Below are positions 52,854 to 64,000 of a stretch of 64,000 nt of DNA, one piece after another. The stretch is from Eledone cirrhosa (taxonomy: Eukaryota). Within the stretch, counting starts at the first letter, position 1, and every line of letters starts with the position of its first letter. Location of the stretch: NCBI GenBank assembly GCA_964016885.1, contig OZ024741.1, positions 80,104,001-80,168,000 on the forward strand, in the 5' to 3' direction. A program made the translations under genes and the position numbers. Under the pieces are notes generated by a model that was given only the letters and a program-made list of their open reading frames with translations, was not told the origin of the DNA and searched no databases.

Positions 52854-55800
52854 ATGGAGACTAGAACGTCATGTGACAGACTCTCACCCAACAGGTGCCC
52901 CCTGGCTCAGCAGCAGGAACCTGACTGTCAACCAAATACTGCTGATGTTGGAGGAAGAAGAAGAAGGAAAGGGGCCAGAACCAACTGGACGAAAGAATTG
53001 AATAGAACTGTTATGCAATGCTACCTGAAAAGTAACCCCAAGGAGAGGGGCTACAGGAGACGGATGCATAACATCTGGAACGAGATTGGTTTATTTAAAT
53101 TAGATGAACAAAAATTGGCCGGGCAGGCTCGGGTAATAAGAACTAATGGGTGGATAAGCGAGCTGGAACTGGAGGAACTGAGCAGAGAGAATGGCTTGGA
53201 GATGGCGGGTGTAGTATGCCAGACAAGCGAGCCGGCGGGAAATGAAGGTGAGGAGGTCCTGAGAACGGAGGAACCACCCGAAGCAGACAATGATCTGAAT
53301 ACTGAGATAAATAATACCTGGAACAGAGATACGGCCACTGAGGAGATGAATGCTGACGGGCTAGGACAAGATTCGGTTGACATCCTAAATTTAGTGGTAG
53401 ATGAGTTGAACAATGATAGTGGGAGACCTATGAACCTAAGATTTGTAGACAGGAAAAAGTTAAAAGAAACAACAGCTAAGGTAAACAAAGTCATCCCATA
53501 CCTTGAGGCGAGGAGTCTTCACCAGTGCAACAATATCCTCAAAGCAACAGCAAATACGGTGAGGAAACTACTTGGTATAAAAGCGAGAGGAAACAACAGA
53601 CAAGAAAGAGCAGAGCCGTGGTGGAAGAAGCGACTGAGTGGGCAAATCGGGGAAATGAGAAATGACATAGGAAAGCTTGAGTCACTACTGAATGGGACAC
53701 TAAAAAACATAGGCACTAAAAATAGACTGGAAATAAAATACAAAACTAGGAGTAAAAAGCTAAATATTATCATAGAGGAATTGAAGCAACGCATTGTAGC
53801 AAAGAGTGCCAAAATCAGTCGATACGAGAACAGAGTCAGTCAGTATAAACAGAACCGCATGTTCGACAACAACCAGAAGATGCTGTTTGGACAGCTTGAG
53901 GGGAAAGAAAGAGGCAACGACTTGATCCCTGGGGCGGAACAAGCTAAAACATTCTGGAGAGGAATATGGGAGCAGGATGTTAGACACAATGCCCAGGCAG
54001 GGTGGATTGAGACAGTACAGAGGGAGATCGGTGAGCAGGCACAGCAACAGACTGATTTGAGTATCACAGTTGAAACTCTTAAGGGGCAAGCCAAAAAACT
54101 AACCAATTGGAAATCACCAGGCCCAGATGGTGTGCAGGGGTATTGGATTAAACATTTAACATCCCTCCACCCGAAGCTGACGGCCATGTTCAATGACTGC
54201 TTGGTGTCGGGTGAGGTGCCAGAGTGGTTGACAAAAGGTACCACAGTTCTGATAATGAAAGACCGAATCAAGGGTAATGATGTTACCAACTATAGACCTA
54301 TCACATGTCTGCCCGTAATGTGGAAACTGTTGACGAGCATTGTGTCTGAGGAAATCTACCATCACCTCCACACAAACAACTTGTTGCCGGACGAACAGAA
54401 AGGATGCCGAAAGAAGTCACGTGGTACAAAGGACCAGTTGCTTATTGATAAGATGGTAATGGGGAATTGCAGGAGGAGACACACTGATCTTGCCATGGGA
54501 TGGATAGACTACAGAAAGGCATTTGACATGGTGCCTCATTCCTGGATCACCAAAAGCCTGGAGATCTTCAGGGTGGCAGATAACATCAGACAGTTGCTGG
54601 GCAGGAGTATGGGGTCCTGGGAGACAGAGTTGACATCAACTGGAGTATCCTTGGGAAGCGTGAAGATCAAGAGAGGTATCTTCCAGGGAGATAGCCTGTC
54701 CCCTCTGTTGTTTGTCCTTGCCCTGATGCCCTTGACCATTATGCTGCGAAAAGTGAGAGCAGGATACAAGTTGGGAAGGGGAGAGCTTACCATCAATCAC
54801 CTCCTCTTCATGGACGATCTTAAGCTCTTCGGGAAAAGTGAGAAGGAGTTGGATGTGCTTGTTGACACTGTCCGTATTTTCAGCAGTGATATATGTATGC
54901 AGTTTGGTATTGGTAAATGTGGAGTCATTGTGATGAGGAGGGGTAGGTTGAGCAGAAGTATCGGGATCCAGATACCAACAGGTGAGATGATAAAGGAAAT
55001 TGACTCTGAGGAAGGATACAAGTATTTGGGCGTTCTGGAGGCTGATGGCATAAAGAACAAAAAAATGAAGGAATTGTTAAGAACTGAATACATTCGGAGA
55101 GTAAGGAGCGTATTGAAGTCACATCTGAACAGCAGAAATGCCATAAGCGCAGTAAATTCCCGAGCTGTGTCTATTATTAGGTACAGTGCGGGAATTCTGA
55201 GATGGAATGTTGCTGAACAAAAAGAAATGGATAGGAAGACTAGGAAGCTATTGACTATCTACAACATGTTCCACAAGAGGAGTGATGTCGATAGACTCTA
55301 CCTAAGGAGATCTGAGGGTGGAAGAGGTCTTATCAGCATAGAGGACTGTGTTCAGATGGAGAAAAACAACCTATACAAATACGTGACCTATAGTAAGGAG
55401 CCAATGCTCAGAGCTGTACTGAAGGAGGGGACAGTAGGCCAGGGGATATCCAAGGAGGAAATAACATCAAGGAGGAAGAGCAGCCTTAAGGGAAAATCCC
55501 TTCATAGTACCTTCTTTGAGAAAACTGAATTTAGAGATCCACAGACATGGAACTGGTTGAGAAGAGGAGACCTCAAAAAGGCTACAGAAGGAATGCTAAT
55601 GGCTGCGCAGGAGCAGGCCCTCAAAACGAAGTGGTTGAAGCACCATATCTACAAGGAGGAGGCTAGCCCACTGTGCAGGATCTGTGGAGAGAGAGAGGAG
55701 ACTGTGGCTCACATTGTGTCCGAGTGTAAACACCTAGCCCAGACCCACTATAAGGGCTGGAGACACGATGTGATGGGCAGGGTGATCCACTGGCACCTGT

Positions 55801-56246
55801 GCAAAGTAAACAATCTACCACATTCTGAGAAATGGTATGAGCATAGGCCAGAGGCGGTGATGGAGAACAGTCAGGTGAAGGTGCTGTGGGATTTTAGGAT
55901 ACAGACGGACAAAAAACTGGAACACAATAGACCTGACCTGGTGGTTGTGGACAAAGAAAAAAGATCGTGCCTGATTGTGGATGTGGCCTGCCCGTTCGAC
56001 ACGAGAGTGCAAGAGAAGGAGAGGGAGAAAATTAACCGATACCAGGACCTAAAGTGGGAGGTGAAAAGGATTTGGAACTGCCATGAAGTCAAAGTGATCC
56101 CGATTGTCATAGGCGCACTGGGGACTATCTCCAAAGGTTTCCAGGGATGGTTAAAGAAAATCGGCCCCTTCACGCTTTTTGGAACGCTTCAAAAGGCATG
56201 CTTGCTTGGAACGGCAAGAACCCTCCGATACGTCCTGAATATCTGA
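52854..56246 (+). CDS. Intact 1130-aa RT-RLE polyprotein (Myb-like N-terminus, RT, CCHC, PD-(D/E)xK-type nuclease)
   Basis: RTNWTKELN..YRRRMHNIW; [42 protein letters not shown]; CRICGEREETVAHIVSEC; RHD; NRPDLVV..DVACP..EKINRYQDL. Confidence 0.96.
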   Translation: METRTSCDRLSPNRCPLAQQQEPDCQPNTADVGGRRRRKGARTNWTKELNRTVMQCYLKSNPKERGYRRRMHNIWNEIGLFKLDEQKLAGQARVIRTNGWISELELEELSRENGLEMAGVVCQTSEPAGNEGEEVLRTEEPPEADNDLNTEINNTWNRDTATEEMNADGLGQDSVDILNLVVDELNNDSGRPMNLRFVDRKKLKETTAKVNKVIPYLEARSLHQCNNILKATANTVRKLLGIKARGNNRQERAEPWWKKRLSGQIGEMRNDIGKLESLLNGTLKNIGTKNRLEIKYKTRSKKLNIIIEELKQRIVAKSAKISRYENRVSQYKQNRMFDNNQKMLFGQLEGKERGNDLIPGAEQAKTFWRGIWEQDVRHNAQAGWIETVQREIGEQAQQQTDLSITVETLKGQAKKLTNWKSPGPDGVQGYWIKHLTSLHPKLTAMFNDCLVSGEVPEWLTKGTTVLIMKDRIKGNDVTNYRPITCLPVMWKLLTSIVSEEIYHHLHTNNLLPDEQKGCRKKSRGTKDQLLIDKMVMGNCRRRHTDLAMGWIDYRKAFDMVPHSWITKSLEIFRVADNIRQLLGRSMGSWETELTSTGVSLGSVKIKRGIFQGDSLSPLLFVLALMPLTIMLRKVRAGYKLGRGELTINHLLFMDDLKLFGKSEKELDVLVDTVRIFSSDICMQFGIGKCGVIVMRRGRLSRSIGIQIPTGEMIKEIDSEEGYKYLGVLEADGIKNKKMKELLRTEYIRRVRSVLKSHLNSRNAISAVNSRAVSIIRYSAGILRWNVAEQKEMDRKTRKLLTIYNMFHKRSDVDRLYLRRSEGGRGLISIEDCVQMEKNNLYKYVTYSKEPMLRAVLKEGTVGQGISKEEITSRRKSSLKGKSLHSTFFEKTEFRDPQTWNWLRRGDLKKATEGMLMAAQEQALKTKWLKHHIYKEEASPLCRICGEREETVAHIVSECKHLAQTHYKGWRHDVMGRVIHWHLCKVNNLPHSEKWYEHRPEAVMENSQVKVLWDFRIQTDKKLEHNRPDLVVVDKEKRSCLIVDVACPFDTRVQEKEREKINRYQDLKWEVKRIWNCHEVKVIPIVIGALGTISKGFQGWLKKIGPFTLFGTLQKACLLGTARTLRYVLNI

Positions 56247-56357
56247 GGCTGCAGGTAGTGGCTTGATATTCAATCCAACGGACTTTCCAGTTAACCAACA
56301 TCAATGACTGAGATTCAAGGAATAACAATAACAATAATAATAATAATAATAATAATA

Positions 56358-57760
56358 AAGAGCAATCTTAAGAACGGAATTGAATGCAAGGAATAGGATC
56401 GATGCCATAAACACGCTTGCCATACCAGTAGTAACCTACAGTTACAATGTCATCAACTGGTCAAGCACAGAGATCCATAGGCTCGATACAAAAATTCGAA
56501 AATTCTTAACCATGCACAGAATGCATCACCCTAAGGCAGATATAGATAGAATATATCTCCCTAGGAAAGAAGGAGGACGTGGGTTAATCCAGTTAGACAT
56601 TGCGTTGAAAACTGCAACAATTGGATTATCTACATATCTAAGGGAATCACATGATTGGATGATCAAACTCGTTTTGAAACACGAAAGCATCAAAAGATCA
56701 TATTCCATTACAAAAGATGCACAAAGATACAGTAATGGACTACAAATTTCAGAAGTCCCATTTACTGCTGAAATGGAAAACACAGAAAAAGCAAAGCAGG
56801 TAAAAGTAACTGCAAAGAAAGAACTGCTACAGAAACTGGCTAAGAAATGGCAAGAAAAGCCTCTGTATGGAAAATACCCAGAGCGAGCTAACAATCCTGA
56901 TGTTGACAAAACTTTAACCCATCAGTGGTTGGCATCCTCTGGACTGAAATCGGAGACTGAAGGACTGATTATATCGGCACAAGATCAGTGTCTGCCAACA
57001 AAAAATTACCAAGCCAACATAATAAAAAATGGGTGCAGCCCATTATGCCGTGTATGCAAAAAACAACCAGAGACCATTGACCATATAATTTCAATGTGCA
57101 GTCCTATAGCTCCAACCGAATACCTAAACAGGCATGACAGAGCTGCACAATACATACATTGGATAATGTGTACGCATTTTGACCTGCCCCATCAAAAGAA
57201 TTGGTGGGAGCATCAACCACCTCCCATATTTGAAAAAGATCACATCTCAATCTTGTGGAACTTTAGCATCCAAACAGACCGAAAAATAGATGCAAACAGA
57301 CCTGATATAATATTGAAAGACTTTCAAAAGAGGGTATGCCTGCTAATTGATATGTCTGTTCCAATAGACAAGAATGTATCCATAAAAACATTTGAAAGTA
57401 TAAGGAGCAAGTATAAGGACCTGGAGATAGAAATTGGAAAAATGTGGAAATTGAGAACTAAAACAATACCAGTGGTTGTAGGCGCTCTGGGAATGATACC
57501 TAAGGGGTCTAATGATTACATATCGCAAATCCCAGGAAACCCGCGTATAGGAGAAATACAAAAGATAGTACTAATGGGAACTGCCCATATACTAAGGAAG
57601 ATTCTGTCAATATAAGTACATCACAAGTCTAAACACTAAAGATGCATGTGTGAATATGTATGTTCTTTCTTGAACATGGCGGACCTTGTTGTCTTTTGAG
57701 GTCACTGGTTGTGACTTGGTGATAACTCGTATGAACATAAAGCAAGATAAATGCAACTGT
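56358..57760 (+). mobile_element. 5'-truncated copy D2 of the D1 family, open 411-aa C-terminal frame (56380-57615)
   Basis: Near-identical to 14478-15875; (AAT)n on both sides. Confidence 0.95.
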
Positions 57761-57785
57761 AATAATAATAATAATAATAATAATA

Positions 57786-57816
<31 letters not shown>

Positions 57817-57966
57817 ACGCTTTTTGGAACGCTTCAAAAGGCATGCTTGCTGGGAACAGCAAAAACCCTCCGATACGTCCTGAATATCTGAGGCTGCAGG
57901 TAGTGGCTTGATATTCATTCCAACGGACTTTCCGGTTAACTAACATCAATGACTGAGACTCAAGGA
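57817..57966 (+). mobile_element. 150-bp 5'-truncated copy of R4-B
   Basis: Matches ~56172-56320; (AAT)n on both sides. Confidence 0.93.
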
Positions 57967-57974
57967 GTAATAAC

Positions 57975-58018
<44 letters not shown>

Positions 58019-58279
58019 TTTCTTTATTAACCACAAGGGTTTACATAAAGTAGACATTAAGGACAGTGCAGGACGATGCAGGGCGGTACAAATGGGCATT
58101 TCTGCGTGTAAAAAAACAAAAACAGAGGATGTAACAAAAAATAACAATGAAAATAACAATGAAAAATTCCCCAATAGGGGGGAGACTTCGGAGGGACATT
58201 TGTGGAGAAAGCCCAGTAAAAAGCCACAATGACCCTGACCACCAAGGCAAGTGCCCTCTCCCAGTTTTCCACCTTTAAT

Positions 58280-61200
58280 TTACAGATATATACTCAGAGT
58301 AGGCCCATTCACTCGGGCCATTCTTGCTTCTCTCACCCATCTTTCAACAAAATGCTGGGAAGAGAGCACTTCCCTCTCTACTCTGATTTTCCTTTTCAAA
58401 TGAAATTTGAAAAAGTCAATCAGAGCATCACCGAAGAGGTAAGTGCTCGTCTTCAGCCCTTTCAAACGTGTCCACCATACTATCTCTTTCGCCATGGCCA
58501 CCAGACAGATAAAAACTGCCTGCCCTTCCCGGCTAAAGGAGGAGGGCGAGGCAATCCTCACGATGGACTCAGATGATAGCCGGATCCGTCCTAAACGCGA
58601 CAGCAGGTGTTCGACATAAACCCACAAGTCAGCAATTTTCGGACACTGGACGAGTCCGTGCAGGACGGTTTCGTCGCCCTGCGCGCATCTCGGACATGCC
58701 CGGCTGACGGCACCTCCATGCCTGTAGAGTTTATCCCGAACTGGCAAGGCTCCTCGGTAGCACTGCCAGACCAGAGATTTCTGGAAGTTGTCCATAGGCC
58801 CCGGCCCGAAAGTTCTTCCGAAGAGATTGGCTAGTTGATTTTCGTCGACGCCTAGAATTTCCCCAAGTACGTCGTCGCTTTTCCCCTCCACTAATCCTCT
58901 ATAGAACGCCGAGGTGGAGTTTCCACCGATCACATTGCTCGATTGGTCGAGGGCTGTGAGCGCCTGAAGACATTCCAGTCTCCAGGCGCTCCCTCTCGGT
59001 CTTCGCTTGACCCAGGACTGCAACTCCGTCAAGGAAACGAGCTGGGGAAATACGCGCCTAGCAAACGGCGACCACACCTGATCACCGTCGAGGAAGAGGT
59101 GGAGATGTCGTAGCCTGAGCGCGTGCCTGCGCATCATCAGCCACGGCATGCCCAGCCCTCCACGTAGCGGGTGTTGACAACAGATGGACCGCCTGACCAT
59201 CGGAGCACGTCCCTTCCACAAAAAGCGAAAGAGCAAACGCTCCAGCGCAGTCAGGCGAGGCTTAGGACAAGGTACGACGGTCAGGCGGTAGCAGATGACA
59301 GACGCGATGTACGCGTTAGCCACCTCCGCTCGAGCTTTCAGGGATAGCTTCCTCTCCGCCCATTTCTGGGTGAGAGAAGCCACCCTGCTCGTCACCTCGT
59401 CCCAGTTTTTGTCCGTCTGGAGGTCCGGACCGAACCAGACCCCTAGCAATTTAGCCGGTCCGTCCGTCCAGCGCCCGACGACGCTGTTGGACGGCATGGA
59501 CCTGCCTCTCCAGGTGCCGAGCTGCAGGCCCACTGACTTTTCCTGGTTGATCATTGCTCCTGTCACCGCTTCGTATTCTCTTAGTGTAGTGCCGATCGCC
59601 TCGATGTGTTTGGCGTTCGACACCACAACGGTGACATCGTCCGCATATGCTGACACGGATCTTCCGCATCCTAGTTCGCGCGGGACTCCCCTCAACGTCT
59701 CCAGTTTGTGCAGTAATGGCTCGAGAGTCAATACGTACAAGAGGGACGAGAGGGGACATCCTTGGCGGACCGAGCGCATGATGTTGAACGGTTCCGACAG
59801 GTGACCGTTCACCCTCACCACAGAGCAGATGTCGCTGTGCATGGCAGCGATCCAGCCTCTGAAGACGGGCCCAAAGCCAGCCGCCCTCAGGACTGCCGCT
59901 AGGTAACGATGGTCGACCCTATCGAAAGCTTTCGACTGATCTAAATTGATCAAGGACCCACCCGTGCCAGGTTCCTTAGCTACCCTCTCTATGATGTATC
60001 GCATGAGGTGGAGGTTGTCGTGGATGGATCTGTCGGGAATGGCGCATGTCTGCGCCTCTCCCACCAGACCACCAACGACAAGCGCCAACCTCTTTGCTAG
60101 CACCTTGGCCAAAATCTTGAACTCTGTGTTTAGCAGAGTTATGGGCCGGAAATTATCTATGTTATCCCCCTTATTCGGATCCTTTCTCAGCAGTGCCACC
60201 GCTCCTCGGCTCACAGAACTGGGAATTTTCCCGTTCTGTTGCCAGTTGCAGTAGACGTCCGCCAAGAGGCCTCCGAACAAGTCTGGCATCTGTACGTAAA
60301 GTTCATAGGGCAGACCATCCAAACCAGGCGATTTACCCCTTGTGCAGCCAGTCATTGCCTCCCTTACTTCAGCGGCTGTTATCGGCTTTTCGCAACACTT
60401 CGCCTCAGTGGCTGAGAGCCGCGGCAGTCCGTCGAGGTAGACACTAAAGTCCATCCCTCTACCCGGCCCACCGCTGCCCCCGAACAGCTGAGCGAAGTGT
60501 CGCTGAAAAGCTTCACACATTTGCTCGGGATCGAGTAGCATGCGCCCGTCGTGGTCCACCAAAGACCGGATCGTGGCTTTGTTGCCACGAGGCGCCTCCG
60601 CCACTCGGGCCCATTGAACGGCTTTCGTCCCCTCGTGTCTGAGAGCACGCACCCTAGCTCTGACAACGCAGCCTTCGTGCTTTGCATTGAAGAATTGGTC
60701 AAGGGCCAATTTCGCCGCAAGCACGTCGGTCGCAATGCCTTTGCTAAGCGCCTCGTCTAATTTGCTAACTAGTTCTCCCTCTGCTCTATTTTTCTCTATT
60801 GCTAAAGCCTTACTAAACCTAATCGATTCTATTCTAATCGCTCTTTTCAGAGCAAACTACCACTTGTTGTTGACGATGGCCCCCGTCAACGCCCGCTTAA
60901 CTAGTTCGCTAATCCGGTCTCTGTAGGCCTTGCGCGCTGGTAAGGACGCGTTTAGCTTCCAGTAGCCGGGTCCTCGTCTATGAAGCCTATCTAAGTCAAG
61001 CACACAGGTCACGAATTTGTGGTCCGTGTAGCTGACTATCTTGAATTGTGGACAGCCTATGCTAGACCTATCTATTTCCCTACAAAATACTCTATCTAGA
61101 TATGATCTGGATGACCCTATGCGGTTTGTCCAAGTCCACATTGGCACATTCGGGAAATCCAATCGGTACCTGTCAGACAGTTCAAAACGCCTGAGCAGGT

Positions 61201-61699
61201 TGGTGAGGCTCTTGCACCCTCCACCCCTATCCGCTAATCCCACACAGTCCCAGCGTGCATCTAAGATCCCGTTCCAGTCGCCCACTAACACTAAAGAGCG
61301 GGACGTTCCAAGAAAGGTCTCCAGACGCCGGAAGAAATCAGGCCGCCCTGCTCCTGTCGGGGCATAGACGGCCACTAGCCTGAAAGCTTGCCCGTCTCCG
61401 CTGGTCACGTCCAGCACCACCAGCTTACCCTCTGGGTCCAGGAAGATGGCCCGTATGGCGAGATCCAAACCTCTCCGAAAAAGCACAGCAACTCCTCCAC
61501 CCGATCCAGGACGGCTGGGAGATGTGTACACATCGTAGCCGCCGAAGATCGGTGCGAAGGCCCGTGCTTCGGAGATTCTGGTCTCGCTGATGGCCACTAC
61601 ATCTATGTTTAGTGACCTGAGGTCGTTGAGCAGGTGACCCTGCTCCCATGACGACCCCAAGCCACGCGCATTTATGCTGCCTATTCTGAGTGAGGTCAT
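58280..61699 (-). pseudogene. E4 ORF2, full-length (1139 codons) with one in-frame stop (TGG>TAG at 60857-60859)
   Basis: 60857-61699 (APE) and 58280-60724 (RT YADD, CPRC..H..C) are in the same frame; E3 has WW at the stop position. Confidence 0.95.
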
Positions 61700-61734
61700 G
61701 TTTAAAATAGAGTGGAAAAGATGGGAAAGACCAC

Positions 61735-63831
61735 TTACCGTACTTTTGGTAGAGGAGGGATGGTTTTTACATCCCTTTTCACTTGATCGTCTGGTGAAGG
61801 GACTGTTGAATCCTCCCTTCGGCTGGTCGTCGGCTCTTCTAAGAGAATGTCTGAGTATACTCTTCGATTGATGGTTCCTCCTAGGTCCCTGAAATCACCA
61901 ACTGCGTTGGGGAATTTCGTTTTAATGTTTGTGTATTGTTTCTGTGCTATTTTTAGCAGTCTTATGTTAGTTGGCGTTTTGATTGGTGCTGGTATTATGT
62001 AGTCCTGTTGTGAAATGTCTGTGTGTTCAATTATGTAAGTCATTAGTTTCTTGTTGTGTGTATTTATTGCCGTGCATTTGTTTTTCTGGGGGTGGGGTGT
62101 GGTTCTGCTATTTTCTTGTCGTTGTTGCTGGGTGTGTGTGTTTTGTTGTTGTGTTTGCGATGTTGGTGCTTGTGGTGGTGGTGTTAAAGGTGTTGTTGGC
62201 GGTGGGGTTGTCGCCGGTGGTGATGGTGGTGCTAGTGTGGGTGGTGATGGTGTTGGTGTTGTTGCTGCTGTGGGTCTCTTTGCAGTAGACTTTACCCTTT
62301 TCTCATTTCTTTCCGCCCTTTTCAAAGGCGACGATGCGCTGCTTCTGCGTTTGTGCCTTCTTACGACCTTTTTCCATCCCTCTCCCACCTCACACTCCAT
62401 GTCTGATTCTGTGAGGTCGGGGAGGGGTACCAGCTCCACTCTTTCACTTGTTGTTGTTGGTGATGTTTGCACTGGAGTCTCTGTTGCAGCTGCATTTGGT
62501 ATTGCTGTTGTTGTTGTTAATATTTCCACTGCTGCTGCTGTTTTTGATTTCCGTGGAGTGGGTATGGGTGCCACGGACCTATCGTTCCTAGTTGCCGCTT
62601 GTCCTGTTGCTGGTAGCCGTGGAGCCGGATTCGGAAGGAGGGGGGTTTTCTCCTTTCTCAGGGTCTTCTCGTTGCAGAAGGCCCTGAGGTGAGTCTTCGA
62701 TCCATAGCGAAAGGATTTCGGGCGTTTGCCCTCAACACTTATGGGCAGTTGAGTGCCGTTATCGAAGTCTATCACATCCGGGATAGCTTCGATGCACTCC
62801 TGGTTGGTTTGGATTAGCATCTCAATGGAGGAGCCGACCCAATCTTCTCTTACTTTTTTCTGTACTTGCAGTACAGTTGTTTTGTCCTCGATTCCGACGA
62901 GGACAGACGCGGCCAGCCAAGAAGGGGTCATTCCGGGGGGGACGTGGGTCAGTTTGACCCTCACAATATTTTGCCCGCAGTAGGAGGGCACCAACACCAT
63001 TTCCTCGCTCCTTAGGGTCACTACTGATTGGGCCTTTGCCTCCTGGGGTGTGGCAAAAAGTACGTCTACGGTGGCATATTTTTTGCCTCGAGTGATGTGC
63101 GTTTTCCGCTGCCACACAGACCCCAAGGCTTTTTGTATTTGGGCCTCTGTGGCTCTTTCCACCCTACGGGATTTTGTACTTACTGTACGGTACGTGACCG
63201 TACAGTGCTCTTGGGTTTCGAAAAGTTTTTCCGCTGCCTTGCAGATTGCTCGGTGTCCGTTCTTTGTCACCATCTTCTTCGCTTCCTCTAATTCCTCATT
63301 TGTTATGAGGATTGTTTCCAAGTTTTTCGCAATACCTGCAAATGAGATTGGTTTTTCTCTGCTGTTGTTGTTGTCGTCAGAGCTGCTGGTACTTTTGTTG
63401 TTGCTGCAGGTACTACGACTACTGCCTCCGCCGCTGTTGCTGTGGTTGTTGTTGGTGTTGCTGCTGCTAATGCTGTTGTTGTTTATGCTGCTGGTGATGC
63501 TGTTGCGGCTGCTACTGTTGTTTTCATTGTCACTGTTGCTGTTGTTATTACGGCTGCTACTGCTATTATTCCTGACGTCAGACGAATGAACTGGGTTTTC
63601 GTATTTCCCGCACACCTGTTTCGTCGCTGTCGTCGTCGTCGTGGAGAAACCTTGCACGCTTTGCACGAGACTTTTCTGTTCTTTCGTCGCTTGCGAAAGA
63701 GAAGGGAGGGAGAGAGACACATTTAAGGAAGGGAGGGAGAGAGACAATCTTCTCTCTGCTGTAGTGATGATTGAGGAAGAAGAAGACGGAATGAGTGGGA
63801 GTGACGTATGAAATTTCTTTTTCGTAGCCAT
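61735..63831 (-). CDS. E4 ORF1 nucleic-acid-binding protein, 698 aa
   Basis: Ser/Asn-rich N-terminus, RRM-like core homologous to E1/E3, knuckle reads SFRYGSKTHLRAFC (first two Cys lost), Pro/Thr-rich tail. Confidence 0.88.
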   Translation of the reverse strand: MATKKKFHTSLPLIPSSSSSIITTAERRLSLSLPSLNVSLSLPSLSQATKEQKSLVQSVQGFSTTTTTATKQVCGKYENPVHSSDVRNNSSSSRNNNSNSDNENNSSSRNSITSSINNNSISSSNTNNNHSNSGGGSSRSTCSNNKSTSSSDDNNNSREKPISFAGIAKNLETILITNEELEEAKKMVTKNGHRAICKAAEKLFETQEHCTVTYRTVSTKSRRVERATEAQIQKALGSVWQRKTHITRGKKYATVDVLFATPQEAKAQSVVTLRSEEMVLVPSYCGQNIVRVKLTHVPPGMTPSWLAASVLVGIEDKTTVLQVQKKVREDWVGSSIEMLIQTNQECIEAIPDVIDFDNGTQLPISVEGKRPKSFRYGSKTHLRAFCNEKTLRKEKTPLLPNPAPRLPATGQAATRNDRSVAPIPTPRKSKTAAAVEILTTTTAIPNAAATETPVQTSPTTTSERVELVPLPDLTESDMECEVGEGWKKVVRRHKRRSSASSPLKRAERNEKRVKSTAKRPTAATTPTPSPPTLAPPSPPATTPPPTTPLTPPPQAPTSQTQQQNTHTQQQRQENSRTTPHPQKNKCTAINTHNKKLMTYIIEHTDISQQDYIIPAPIKTPTNIRLLKIAQKQYTNIKTKFPNAVGDFRDLGGTINRRVYSDILLEEPTTSRREDSTVPSPDDQVKRDVKTIPPLPKVR

Positions 63832-64000
63832 GTTGTTTTTTTGTTTAAAATGAATATTGGGTACAAAACCCCAATAACTGGTTATTTAACCCCGAAGGGC
63901 CAAATAACGGACAGAAAGACCCCTCTCACGGGGAGGAGGGTGTTTTTGTCTACAAGTTGGTCTAAGTTTTAAACAATTTATAATTGTTAAAGCGTTCAAA

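Larger units (their letters stand above)
51462..56320 (+). mobile_element. R4/Dong-clade RLE retrotransposon R4-B with intact ORF; 5' boundary inferred from the (AAT)n tract
   Basis: Intact ORF, short 3' UTR, then (AAT/AAC)n; 3' end confirmed by a second copy at 57817-57966. Confidence 0.88.
58017..64000 (-). mobile_element. Tx1/L1-clade LINE copy E4 (E1/E3-type ORF2, different ORF1); 5' end off the window
   Basis: 3' end C|ATTATT; ORF2 near-identical to E1/E3; open 698-aa ORF1. Confidence 0.95.

Noticed and set aside
60857-60859. Programmed readthrough between APE and RT in E4
   Set aside because: E1 and E3 have TGG at this codon, so it is a simple nonsense mutation
56358-61699. D2+E4 as a segmental duplicate of D1+E3
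   Set aside because: E4 has a different ORF1, lacks the E3 deletion and has an E1-like 3' UTR; D2 is 5'-truncated at an AAT tract; independent insertions fit better

Overview
Eukaryotic, gene-free, almost entirely repetitive DNA; the tRNA-head/Nin-core SINE and microsatellite load suggest an octopod cephalopod (inference). No host exon was recognised. Two retroelement stacks are built on (AAT)n microsatellites (about 0.85-21.5 kb and 51.4-64 kb). They hold four minus-strand Tx1/L1-clade LINEs (APE-RT, two ORFs) and four plus-strand R4/Dong-clade RLE elements, each joined by (AAT)n with strict opposite polarity; one R4 element has an intact 1130-aa ORF. The middle holds Helitrons (including a head-to-tail trio), Penelope-like remnants with hammerhead motifs, a deleted mariner, and RTE, CR1, CRE and SINE fragments. 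The best candidate for an undescribed system is an (ATT)n-targeting, poly(A)-less Tx1 family. Its 3' end has a covarying CUUGU-loop hairpin shared with the SINE, a similar hairpin lies in its 5' UTR, and conserved splice signals could excise ORF2. A repeated hammerhead-like motif with a shortened CUYGA core is a second candidate.
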